From Fimbriosthenelais zetlandica (lineage: Eukaryota): a stretch of 64,000 nucleotides of DNA. Position numbers and translations under genes: made by a program. The first letter of the stretch is position 1, and each line of letters starts with the position of its first letter. The notes below the pieces were generated by a model, which was not told the DNA's origin, did no database searches, and saw only the letters and a program-made list of their open reading frames with translations. The stretch covers positions 18,786,001-18,850,000 of the forward strand of contig OZ365116.1 of NCBI GenBank assembly GCA_977030845.1, in the 5' to 3' direction. Shown in pieces: positions 53,501 through 64,000 of this stretch.

Positions 53501-56500
53501 TAGATGAGATTAGCGTTTAAGGCATGTAAACTTACATGATGCAAACTAACTTAGAATCAAAGTTACCATGGTGATGACTACAACAAAGCCTGTCAGACCT
53601 CTCAAGGTACCCATTCTATTATATCGATCCGCTTCCTTTGTTGATTTCCTATGAAGTAAATTAATCAAGTGCCAATAGAAGCAGTTTTTATGCCTCTAAC
53701 AAATGACAATGAATGTGAAGTCTGAGCAGTATAATTTGTGAATAATTCAGTACGACAACTAGCTAATGTTTGAAGATATCCTTTCTCCTGGCCATGACCC
53801 GGATGGTGAGGAGCCATAGAGAGGAGTGAGGAGGAGCCTCTTCACCATTGAGGAGCCATTAGTTCACTGACTATTGATACCTGTACTTGTAAAGGCTTCC
53901 AATGAGACCAGCAAGAGTCAAACAAGAGCAGCTTGACCTCTCCCCAATACGTGGTCCGCCTTCTAACCTTACAACAACCCATGTAGGACCCATGCATCAC
54001 TCATGGACATGAATTCCATAGTACTTTCCATTGCGTTTCAGACATAGTGCGCATGGCGCCCGAATGTCAAGCACTATAGTACATCTTAACAGAAAAGTCA
54101 GTTATGTGTGTTCCAGGCTTAAAAAGTCAACTGCTCACAATCCATGCCTTTCTTGACAAGCCCTAAAAACAAAACATCTCCAGACTAGCAGTCTTGATAA
54201 AATACCTTGGCAAGATCAACAATGTGTGCGAGGAGCCTGGCATTTGAGGAGCAACTCGCGGAAAGGCCCGAGCAGGTCAGGAACTGACAAGGGAGTTAGT
54301 TCCAGGTGTGGGTCTGGGTGTGGGATTGCCTCCAATGAGCAGATCTCCAGTGATTAGGTGGGGAATGGACAGGTGTTCCTATGATAGGTAGAAAGACAGG
54401 ATAAATACATGGCTGCTTCAATTGACACGCTTCTGGCAGCCATTAGACAGCAATGCTGAGAGGAGAGGGATATTATTTTTAAAGGTTAACATTGCCGAAC
54501 GAATGTTGCCTGCTTTCTGGCTCGTACAGATTGTAAAGAGGCGTGTAATTGATTCCAAATGTCTTTAAAAAGAACTTCTTCCCTTGTACCTCTAATAATG
54601 GATCACAAATGTGAGCTTGGATTTACTTCCAGACAGATTCCCTTGGAGTCTATGTTAGATTTAAATTTAATCTCAAGTAAGTTTAGTATATAAGATGCAG
54701 GAGGCGCCTTTAATAGAAGCTCATTATCTGTGCTGGTCCTCCCGTGGATCTCACACCTGGAGCACACCTGGACGAGGTGGGGCAGTAACCTGCTGGATCT
54801 CCTCCATCTTACTCCACTCTATACTCGACCTTTAGGTCGTTTATCATAGAGCTAAGAGAATCACAGCACGTTATTAAAGTTATTGATGAATTGATTGAAT
54901 TCATATAATGAAGTCCAAAGTCCCACAGAGGTGCTCCATACTAAATTAAAATAATACTGTCAGTGTTAGTGCATGGAATATCATCCTTCTATTTAGGCCA
55001 TGAAATTAGTTATACCACACATTGAACTGATAATATTCCAGATGAGTGTCTAATTCATCTTTTTCTCTGGCTTTTCCTCCAGGCAGGGTGGGTATCAGCC
55101 GGGAAGGTAGTCTGGGGCTGGGAGAGACGGGAGGATTGTTGGGTTGAAGGGTTGAGGGCAGAAGAGAAAGTTTCGCACGTGTTGTTACTTAAGGTGATAA
55201 CCCCTGATGGCCTATCACACCTGGTCTCACCTCCAGGGTGGCAGGGGTGAGGGCTTTACCCTCCAGGGTGGTAAGGTGCCCATGATTCACATCATTACCT
55301 CCTGAGTAAGCTTTAGTCACACCCCAGGAACTGTATGATATATATGTACGTCTCTCACCACTAATTGTCTATATCTATATTGAGTAAATCATCTCAACCC
55401 ATCATTCATCTGCTTATTAACATTATTAAGTTTCACTGTAGCGCATCTAATGATCACCAACATTCATTAGGCCCATTCCTACTCAAATTATTAAATGATC
55501 ATGTACTGAGCAACATGGGCCATCAACTGAACTTATCCAATACCGGTATATATCATCAAGTAGGGGTAAAGTACTGTTATTATTATTTTTGTCTCCTATT
55601 TAATTAAATGGAGCCACATTGGCGGTAACAAGAAAATTAGCTCACATCTAATTAATCAAGTTAAATGATTTGGATTTTGCAAAATTACTTCCGACATCTG
55701 GCAACAGGTTTGCATACAAGCTCCCAATAAGTAGGCCAATTATGGCTTTCTATTTAAACATTGACTGGATGACGCAGACTTTTGAATCATAAAGATATAA
55801 ATTTGAGAAGTCAAAAATAACACAGTATGCGGCCTACATTTAAGTGCAGCAATATGATTCATGGATGGGTATAAATCATGTTTTTTCTATAGGCTTTCTA
55901 CTATGTTATCATTTCTACATGTGGACCATGGCAAACAAGGAGGGAGTATGTGTGTTGTGGACATACATTCAGTTAACTTGTCATTCAATAATCAGCAAAC
56001 ACACTCAGTACATATATACCTCAAGAGGCACATATTAAACCAAGCCTTGGGGGATCCCAATTAGACGCAAGATATATGTGGATCACACTGAGTTATCTGC
56101 TAATTAAAAGGGGGCCCAGAGTGAGGTCGGTATGAACCCTTCCTGACAACTTTTATATCCTCTCAATTTGTTCTTGGCTCTAAGTATAAAAGGCGCACTC
56201 AGGAAAAGATGTTTAAATGTTATTCGGGACAGGTAATGTTGCAATTAGGTAGTATGTATTCCTCTTAGTTGAATGCCATCATATTTCACTCTGTCAATCT
56301 ATGGTTTAGTTGATATGGACTCTCGTTAATTCTTATCTCAAATAAAAATGCTTTTCTGCCAGTGATTGGGTTGGTATAATAATCTTAGAGAAGTAGGCCT
56401 ATTAGAAAGAGCCCATAATACCAATAATGATGTCAGACTTGTTATTTTTAGCATAGATGCATGTACCAATGCAATCAGCTGAACATTATACAACATATTA

Positions 56501-59500
56501 CAGGGCCAAATTCCTTTCCACTAGTATAATAAGGTACTTCAATACGGGGAATATATGCTTGTTCCGTGACATTTAAAATACATATTGGTGCCCAGGTATT
56601 TGGGTACGAGTGCACACTTGGCTTTCCTGTCCACTTTCAGGTGACCTTTGCAGCCTTTTATGCACATTCCTGCTACTTGATCCTTATGTAGTTGGTCAAA
56701 TAAATCCTCCTGATCCCCAGCTCTTAGGTCACAAAAGCTCTGGTCCCTTGCGTCTTAGAGTGGCTGAAGAGGATTTATTTGTTAAAGTATATATATAGGG
56801 AGAGAGTATAAGTGTGTATCCAAGCTGCTTACTTTTGGAGAAGATTTCAATAACGTTTCAAAAAGGCATTATTCCCAGTCCGATCCCGGGGATCTAATCA
56901 GAAATAATTGATAAAAGTAAGTGAGCTGCGGGTCGCTTGTTGATGACATTTTATGATAAGTAAGTCCAGGATGGACACTCTACCAGGGTCACACATACAA
57001 ACCTGTGATAAGCCTTTCTTCCATTCCCTATTTCACCTCCTATTCAGGCGGGTATTTGCCCGAGGTGGCTGAGTTAGTTTGAGTTGGCCTTGGCAAAGAG
57101 ACCAAAGTTAAAGCAAACATGCGTCCTTTTGCCTCTACACCATTGCCTGGCTTTTGTACTAGCCTTATAGTTAATGTATTTCCCCCACTCGAATTGACTG
57201 AGTCTATGTGTTCGTGCGGTACAATATAGAATTCAATTAAGGCTGAAGGCTCCTCCAAAGAGAAGCTTATACAAGGAGTAATGAACCAGCCAAGCTTATC
57301 CACACAAACTTACCAACACTCCCCCGCCACACCATTTCCCAATTGGTAATAGGCAATCAAACATTTCCACCAACTCCTCAAGTGGTGTCCAAAAGACACT
57401 TTTCCTTCAAACATTTGGCATCGATGAACCATTATTAAGAACAATGTTATGGATAATAATCTTGTTCCGTCGGAGAATAAAAAACGAATACGATAATGAG
57501 TTATTTTGTCTTTTGGTCAGTTTACTTATACTTTACAATATTTACACTCACACTCTAGCTGCATGTTTTCTCACGAGGCAGGGCAAGTCTGAGAGATATA
57601 ACACTACAGCAGACACAAAAACTTACTTCAGGTCGTCATGTTGTATGAATACTGATAAGAAATAGCTTCAAACTGTTGAACTATCGATTATGATAGAGAT
57701 AAATACAGGTTTGTACAAACAATATCCAATCATTCATATTATATATTATCACGTCCCACACAATGATATACATTATATATGGCAGTTATTTTCAGTAAAC
57801 ACTTCAATTCGACCGTGATTTCCTGATTGTTTCCATGGTAATATCATGATGGGGGAAGTTGTCATGATAAAGAAGCTAACATTTAAAATGTAAGGGAAGT
57901 ACTCTTACATTTTAATGCAGTCTACAACGATATGATATAGAGTGATAGACGTATATAGATTTACCACATAGTACAGTTGTCATGTATTACATTGGTCTTC
58001 CTGCAGCATATGGCCACAATGATATCTGTGAGATAAGTTGACTGATAACAATGTCATGTCTCCATCGTGGTTGGTATATAAATTATAGAATCTATCATCG
58101 TTATTGTGGGTGTTCCATAAATGGATCAATATAATACAATTCATTCTGTATACGTCAATTCTTACTTACAGAGTGACATTGAAGCAGTCATGGTATGAAC
58201 GTTTCTATGCATAAAAATTGGCCCCATTACATCTCAACTTTAGCTTCATCATAAACTGGATCCTATCTAGAAAGACCTATTTGCTTATTAATGACATCTT
58301 AAGGGCCAGAAGCAGAACACTGTCTTAGGGATTTGAGCTAGACCTAGAAAATTCCTTATGCATAAAAGTTGTTGGCAGTGTTGTTGACATATTGATGTAG
58401 TAAGCTATCAATGACAGAGCTGACGCTGTGTAAGTTCCCCCCAGACATGCATATACATGATGTTTACCTAAAATGATGGACTTAAAAACCTCTCCTGCCA
58501 TACATATAAAAACCATTTGTTATCTCGCAGATACACAACCTCATGTCATTTATCTCGTGCACACATGTCACCCTCTCTCTACCACTATATGGGACATTCA
58601 CTCACATGACGCTAAATTACAGCCATTTATTCTGTTTCTATTATTTAAATGGAAGTTTGCCAGAATATATAGGTTATATTCCCTCAAGACATCTTCTGAT
58701 TGACCTGTGAGCATACTCTGGATTAGGTAACCGCAGGGATGTTTGGTACAAAGGTGCCGACCCGTGGATAAAAAACGCTAGTGACCCATCACAAAGAAAT
58801 TTCATTAAAATACTTGAATGGTGTTAAGTAGACGGGAGAGGATTAGGGGTTTTGAAGTGAATCAGGAATAGAGTAAGAAGGTCTGAGGCCTGAAGCTGAT
58901 AGAGCTATAGGAAGGTAAAGTACATAGCTGTGGGGGGCTGGTATCGGGCAAACACTCAGGTCTGAATGGGTGGGTGGAAGGAGGATTTGAGTTGCAAGGG
59001 GTGGAGGACAAAGTGGACGGGGTGAATAGGGGAGTTAAGGGAGCTTATGGCGTCCTGTACATGTCAGAGCTATCATGTCAATGTGTTAAATGGTGCACAC
59101 AACAGGTTTCTCATTGAAGATAATGTCACCAATGATTATACACTAAGTCTCGGCCAGTCTCTGTTGTACCTGCTGGATTTTCACACCGTTAAAAACTTTT
59201 GTCGATTTTTCCCATCAAAAATATTAAATTTCGCATGTACCCGGAGCATTATGTTTCCACCATACAATAACAACCGATTCTGGTTTCCATCTGAGAGCAA
59301 TTGGTGCACTTTCGTGACTAAACGGTTGCTTCTTCAGAAAATCAGCCGAACCGGAAAATTACACTGGTTGAAAAGTGATGCAAATAGATCAGCGGACTTG
59401 ACGAGCATTATCACGTTACCTTATATGATAAAGGCAAGTGATGGAGCCAGGAGCCCGACATAATGCCTTATGCAAAGTGATAGTCAACGAATCTTCAAAT

Positions 59501-60930
59501 CTATACCACCGAAAGTTTCTACCAAACACACACACCTATAGTCACCTTCAGCAACAGTCTGATATCTTCAGAATTAAGCCAATCATTTTACAAAAGATAA
59601 GACATGGTCTAACCAAAACTATTGCTTCCACAACTTTTTCAGTCAAATAAAAACCAAAAACCTTTATCGTTTAGGTGCATTATAAAAAAGCTAATACACA
59701 TAATAAATTGTGGGTATTGGGTGATGTGCCAGGCATGGACATGAGCCTGTATGGAGGAGGAATGGCCGGCTTGTGAGGAATGATTGTGTGTGTTATAATT
59801 GAAACTAATGCCTGCTGAGTGTGAGGCATTTTGGAGTGGACTCTGACACTAGGATATGAATCCATATTGACCAGAGCTTCTGTGTATGTTGACACTCGGC
59901 TATCAAGCATTAGGCTTTATAGGCCAGCCATCAAGTCCCTCTACACACATACGCTTCACTAAGGCTCACCGTTATTATCAAAATGTTCAAGCACTCTTTC
60001 ACTTCCCCTTTTCTTCCCTTCTGGGACAAGTTAAACATTTCCTGTAGAATGTCTAATGTCGAAACGAATATTATTTCCGACTGACAAGCAATTCTGTTGG
60101 AATGATGCATAAAGTCATTTCTGATAGTCCCCAATCTAATCGGTGCTGCAATATTTTTGTTTTGGATCTAGCAGGAAATAGGCTTATTGGAGCTTTAAAG
60201 CTAAAATCACATGGGGTTATAATAATAATAGCAGCAATAAACTCATCAGTGCAATCCTGCGAGCCTAGTGAGACATGCCCAGCCAGTGTGAAAATGGAGG
60301 CCGCTTCTATTCCCCATCCCAAACACGTTGTAAATCACTATAAAAAGTGGGTACAGAGGGACTTGTCGGCCTGGTGGCCATGGGGGCGCGAGAGTTAACA
60401 GAATGGGTGCCAGTTATGACCAGTGAATGAGGGACATTACATGGGGAAATGGTGTACATTTACAGAAAAGTGTGATTCGTGATAATGTATAATCCATCAA
60501 TGCTACACTCACAGTCGAGCTGCTTCCTTCTATTCTATTTCAATCTCCTTCAGCATTCTAAGCACAAGCACATCTTTTCACAGCTATATATAATAAGGAC
60601 CCGTGTTGGCTACCTTGTCGGTACTCTAAGTGGATTCATGTCGATTCTAAACGTAGTCATTTCTTTTTATCAATAGATTTTTCTCAAATGAAATGTGTAA
60701 AAGTTAACTTCTTGTAGGTGTTCAACTATAGCTCAAACTTGTCCACTGATTATTCTAACCCAGACAGTACATACTGACCATAATAATATTACATATGCAC
60801 ATATTTTACATCTTTACATTAACTATACACGAATATTATGCTCACGTTTTATAATACATTACATAATAATGCTTCAATAAGGTTACATCTTTAAGTGTAC
60901 ATAAATGCCGTGGATTAGAAGGCAATGCCT

Positions 60931-62700
60931 TTAAACCACCGTCTCACTTCCCAGTCCCTTTTTGCATCGTTTATGCTTGATATCAGACACCCTAATGGGT
61001 GTAGTTGTTCTTGAATGTTCTCTAGATATTGGGTATTGTAGTTTACTTTGATGAGTTGGGTGGTATTGGTATTGTGGAAAGTTCGGCGTGCTCTTCCTCT
61101 CAGTCTTACATCCACATATCCTGCGGATGAAAGTCCTCCAGGCATTCAGAGTCTTAGTACTCCATATCCACATGCCACTCGTGATGCCCACCACTAGAGA
61201 CATGAAGATCTTCAACATGAAGATTTCTATGTTGGGTTTGTTGGTGCTTTGTGGGTGATACCACATGGCCCTATTGGTATATTCATAGAAGTAACACGCT
61301 ATGACACAGGTAGCGGGGACTGTATATAACACACTGAACACACCTATTTTGATCATTAGAGCCTCCAGTTTGTCAGTCTTCATCCCATCATTGCGCACGT
61401 GGCGCCTGATTCGGAATAGAGACACTAATCCTGCAAAGAGGAAGGAGGTGCCCAGGAGGAGGTAGACGAAAAGAGGAGCAATAATGAAGCCCATGAGGCT
61501 GTCTGAGTTTTGGTTGCCCACATAGCACATGCCAGTCAGTTCATCAGCATCCACGTTTCTCATAACGAGGATGATGATTGTTTTCACTGCGGGGATGCTC
61601 CAGGCAGCAAGGTGAAAGTAGCTCGAGTGTTGTTGCATTGCCTCATGTCCCCACTTCAAGCCAGCAGCCAAGAACCAAGTTAAAGTAAGGATGACCCACC
61701 AAATACTGGAGGCGGTGCTGAAGAAGTAGAGGAGGAGGAAGACTATAGCACAGTCAGTGTTGTCCAGGCCCTCCTGGAGAAGGTACTGTCCAGTTTTATC
61801 ACAACTGATGGAGTTACGTCCAGCGATGAGGCGCACAATGTAACCAATAGCACAGATATTATAACAAAAAGACAGCACAATGATGGGTCTCTCTGGGTAC
61901 CGGAAGCGCTGAGAATCCACAAGGAAAGTCAAAACTGTGAATAAAGTTGACACGAAACAAAGGCTGGCCCAAATAGCCATCCAAATGTCAGCGAAGTGCT
62001 TATCTTTCTCACTGAAGAGGTCGTCCTGGCCACACTTGAGAGCACAGCGACCAGTGCGGTTAACAAACATATATTTTTGTGAATTTCTGTGGAAGGGGCA
62101 ATAATTTGGTGCCCCACCTGGGGCTGCACCTGGGTTGTAAGCCCCGGGCTGGTAGGCGCGGTACCCGTCCCCTTCAAGGGGGATCTCTTTATCTGTTCCT
62201 GGACCATCCATGCACATATGTTGATGATCGTTACGTTCAGGAAACTTAGAACAGTTGAGTGCTTCAGGCCAGGGGAAGCCGAACTCCTGTAGAACCGGCT
62301 GACATCTCAGTCTCACAGATTCACACATAGGTCGACACGGGCCTATAGACTCCATCACCTTCTCTGTACACATGGGGAAATAGACTGAACAGAGGAAGAA
62401 CCGGAGCTGATTGGAGCATCCATACTGGATGAGGGGACTGAACGTCTGAAGTTGAAGGTCAGCATCTTGTTGTGTCTCATGACCGACCAGGTTAGGCATC
62501 CCCGTCACGTTATAGCCCAGACCTTTACACAGGTCCACAGCGATGGGGTCACATTGCCTAACGATGGCTGCCCCCAGACCCGGAATCTCCTGGGCTGTTG
62601 CCATGGAAACAACGCCCTGCATGAGAAGCATGAGCAGCAGCAATGACGACGTCATCGTTGTCTTTGTCAGGGTTGTGATGTCAGGTCCGTAAACGTCCAT
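60931..62700 (-). CDS. FZD4: Frizzled-4 family Wnt receptor (class F GPCR), single coding exon, ~589 aa from the first ATG
   Basis: Signal peptide (..[21 protein letters not shown]), 10-Cys CRD (CDPIAVDLC...WPEALNC), linker [12 protein letters not shown] matching human FZD4 NDHNHMCMEGPG, and 7TM with [10 protein letters not shown] and [30 protein letters not shown] (nearly identical to FZD4). KTxxxW Dishevelled motif (KTLNAW) and C-terminal GSETVV as in human FZD4. The ORF track starts at a TTG (62748); the first ATG is 62700 (gtcATGG) and a second candidate is 62655. Confidence 0.97.
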   Translation of the reverse strand: MDVYGPDITTLTKTTMTSSLLLLMLLMQGVVSMATAQEIPGLGAAIVRQCDPIAVDLCKGLGYNVTGMPNLVGHETQQDADLQLQTFSPLIQYGCSNQLRFFLCSVYFPMCTEKVMESIGPCRPMCESVRLRCQPVLQEFGFPWPEALNCSKFPERNDHQHMCMDGPGTDKEIPLEGDGYRAYQPGAYNPGAAPGGAPNYCPFHRNSQKYMFVNRTGRCALKCGQDDLFSEKDKHFADIWMAIWASLCFVSTLFTVLTFLVDSQRFRYPERPIIVLSFCYNICAIGYIVRLIAGRNSISCDKTGQYLLQEGLDNTDCAIVFLLLYFFSTASSIWWVILTLTWFLAAGLKWGHEAMQQHSSYFHLAAWSIPAVKTIIILVMRNVDADELTGMCYVGNQNSDSLMGFIIAPLFVYLLLGTSFLFAGLVSLFRIRRHVRNDGMKTDKLEALMIKIGVFSVLYTVPATCVIACYFYEYTNRAMWYHPQSTNKPNIEIFMLKIFMSLVVGITSGMWIWSTKTLNAWRTFIRRICGCKTERKSTPNFPQYQYHPTHQSKLQYPISREHSRTTTPIRVSDIKHKRCKKGLGSETVV

Positions 62701-64000
62701 GACTGGTATCAAAAGATTGAAGCTCGTACAAGAAGGCTGCGACTCCAATATAGGAGAAAGCGATCTTAAATCACATTAAATAAAAGGTGAATTAATACAC
62801 CGCACCTGGGGCCTTTTCTCCTCAATGTCACACTTCTCAAATAATGTTATAATAGAATGATTAGCATCCAACCAAGCAAAGTCTCCGGCTTTTGTGTTGG
62901 CTATATTGAAACATGCGAGTCCCTTTCACAGCTTTCAGTAGAGGTTACAAAGGCCATGGAATCAGTTTGCTGGAAGACTGACTTTTTTCTTCTTCACGGG
63001 TAACACATTAGTCTCACACCTGACGTCTGGTCGTTAGGCTGGTGGTGGTGGAGACCTTGGGATATGATATTGCGCTCATCTCACTTTTTCTTTAAACTCT
63101 AAGTTTGGTGGCGGTTGATAAGTGGTGGATGATTGAGGATACACTCTGTGGCCTGACAACCGAGCACACAATATAACAACGATCTATGATCCAACTAGAT
63201 CTAATCACATCCATACAATCTTGTGTATCATAAACCTCAATCTCCATACATATCAATTTTCAGCCAAATACTTTATGACATCCGGAAAAGGTAACATCAA
63301 ACTTGGAAAGTTGCATGGAATATTAATCCCTACTTTGGATCTGGGATGAGGGGAGATAGTTGTAAGTAAGGCAAAGGTGGGTATGTATACACGTTTGACT
63401 GCCTACTTTCAGCCCCCATGTAGTTTACAATGATGAATGTGTACGCCTTGACAGGTCCTAGTTGATCACATCGTACGTTGACAGGGCGTGGAGAGAGGCC
63501 GACATGGGCAATTAACCGGTCGGCAATCGTGGAGGGTTACGTCCTAGCAAGAGCTCTTCACGGTGTATCGTGTTCTCCATTCAAAAAGTGGGATGAATGT
63601 GTACCTGTGTATGTAAGGCAGGGCTGGATGTCTATATGCATGGATGGGGGTGGGTCCAGGCAGGACCGTCCGATCCTCCCCGGCAATCAGGGCTACAAAG
63701 GCCGTCAGCACTTGTCAAGCCCTCCCCTTCTCCATCCACTACCCTCTCCCCTTGAGGAAAAAAACACCCCTTTCCTATCTTTTAAGGGGTACAAGAAAAG
63801 GTAGCCTTTCAATTACAGGCGAATTTCCTCTTAAGATTATTGCTTTCCGTTTGTAGATCGGTTCCCAAGGCTTTCACTGGGCTCAGAACTGTCGATAAAT
63901 GAATGCTTTATGTCAATGATTGATTTTTCTCTGGACCTGTTTACTTAAACTGGGCATGGCCTCCATAAAAGTGAGACGGAGCGGTGAAGTTTGGTAGTAA

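Noticed and set aside
54951-54965. TAATACTGTCAG matching the 5' part of miR-8/miR-200
   Set aside because: The match ends after 12 nt and no hairpin partner arm is present.
59047-59463. 138-aa plus-strand ORF, the longest unassigned ORF
   Set aside because: No recognisable domain. It lies antisense in the likely fz4 3' region, and one ORF of this length is plausible by chance.
61929-62646. Short ORFs overlapping fz4
   Set aside because: Antisense or off-frame shadows of a GC-richer CDS.
62701-62748. N-terminal 16 aa of the ORF-track Frizzled (MESQPSC...)
   Set aside because: It begins at TTG, an artefact of prokaryote-style start calling. The first ATG is 62700.

Overview
Eukaryotic (animal, most likely invertebrate bilaterian; roughly 40% GC by eye) genomic DNA. 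I see no prokaryotic features and no CRISPR array. Two genes are supported, both on the minus strand. (1) An intronless Frizzled-4 orthologue, CDS 62700-60931. (2) The first six coding exons of TMEM135, which the ORF track misses except for exon 1: 43310-43170, 42688-42561, 41479-41387, 40506-40473, 26190-26125 and 15073-15027. All have canonical GT-AG boundaries and splice in frame into 169 codons clearly homologous to the human TMEM135 N-terminus. I could not find exon 7 onward, so it probably lies left of the window. The most interesting signal is architectural. FZD4 and TMEM135 are also neighbours in human (recalled, should be verified). Here TMEM135 introns 1-3 are short (0.5-1.1 kb) while introns 4-6 are very long (14.3, 11.1 and >=15.0 kb) and carry many motif clusters. 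This is the pattern expected of an ancient genomic regulatory block with TMEM135 as bystander and fz4 as target. Other notable items are a phased 3 x 21-bp TCF/LEF array between the two genes, a 36-nt near-perfect hairpin just after the exon 5 donor, perfect RFX X-boxes, a cluster of three tRNA-derived sequences beside a LINE endonuclease-like relic, and a possible internal promoter/first exon in intron 6. Nearly all other ORF-track entries look like chance ORFs. All regulatory calls are motif-level inference only.
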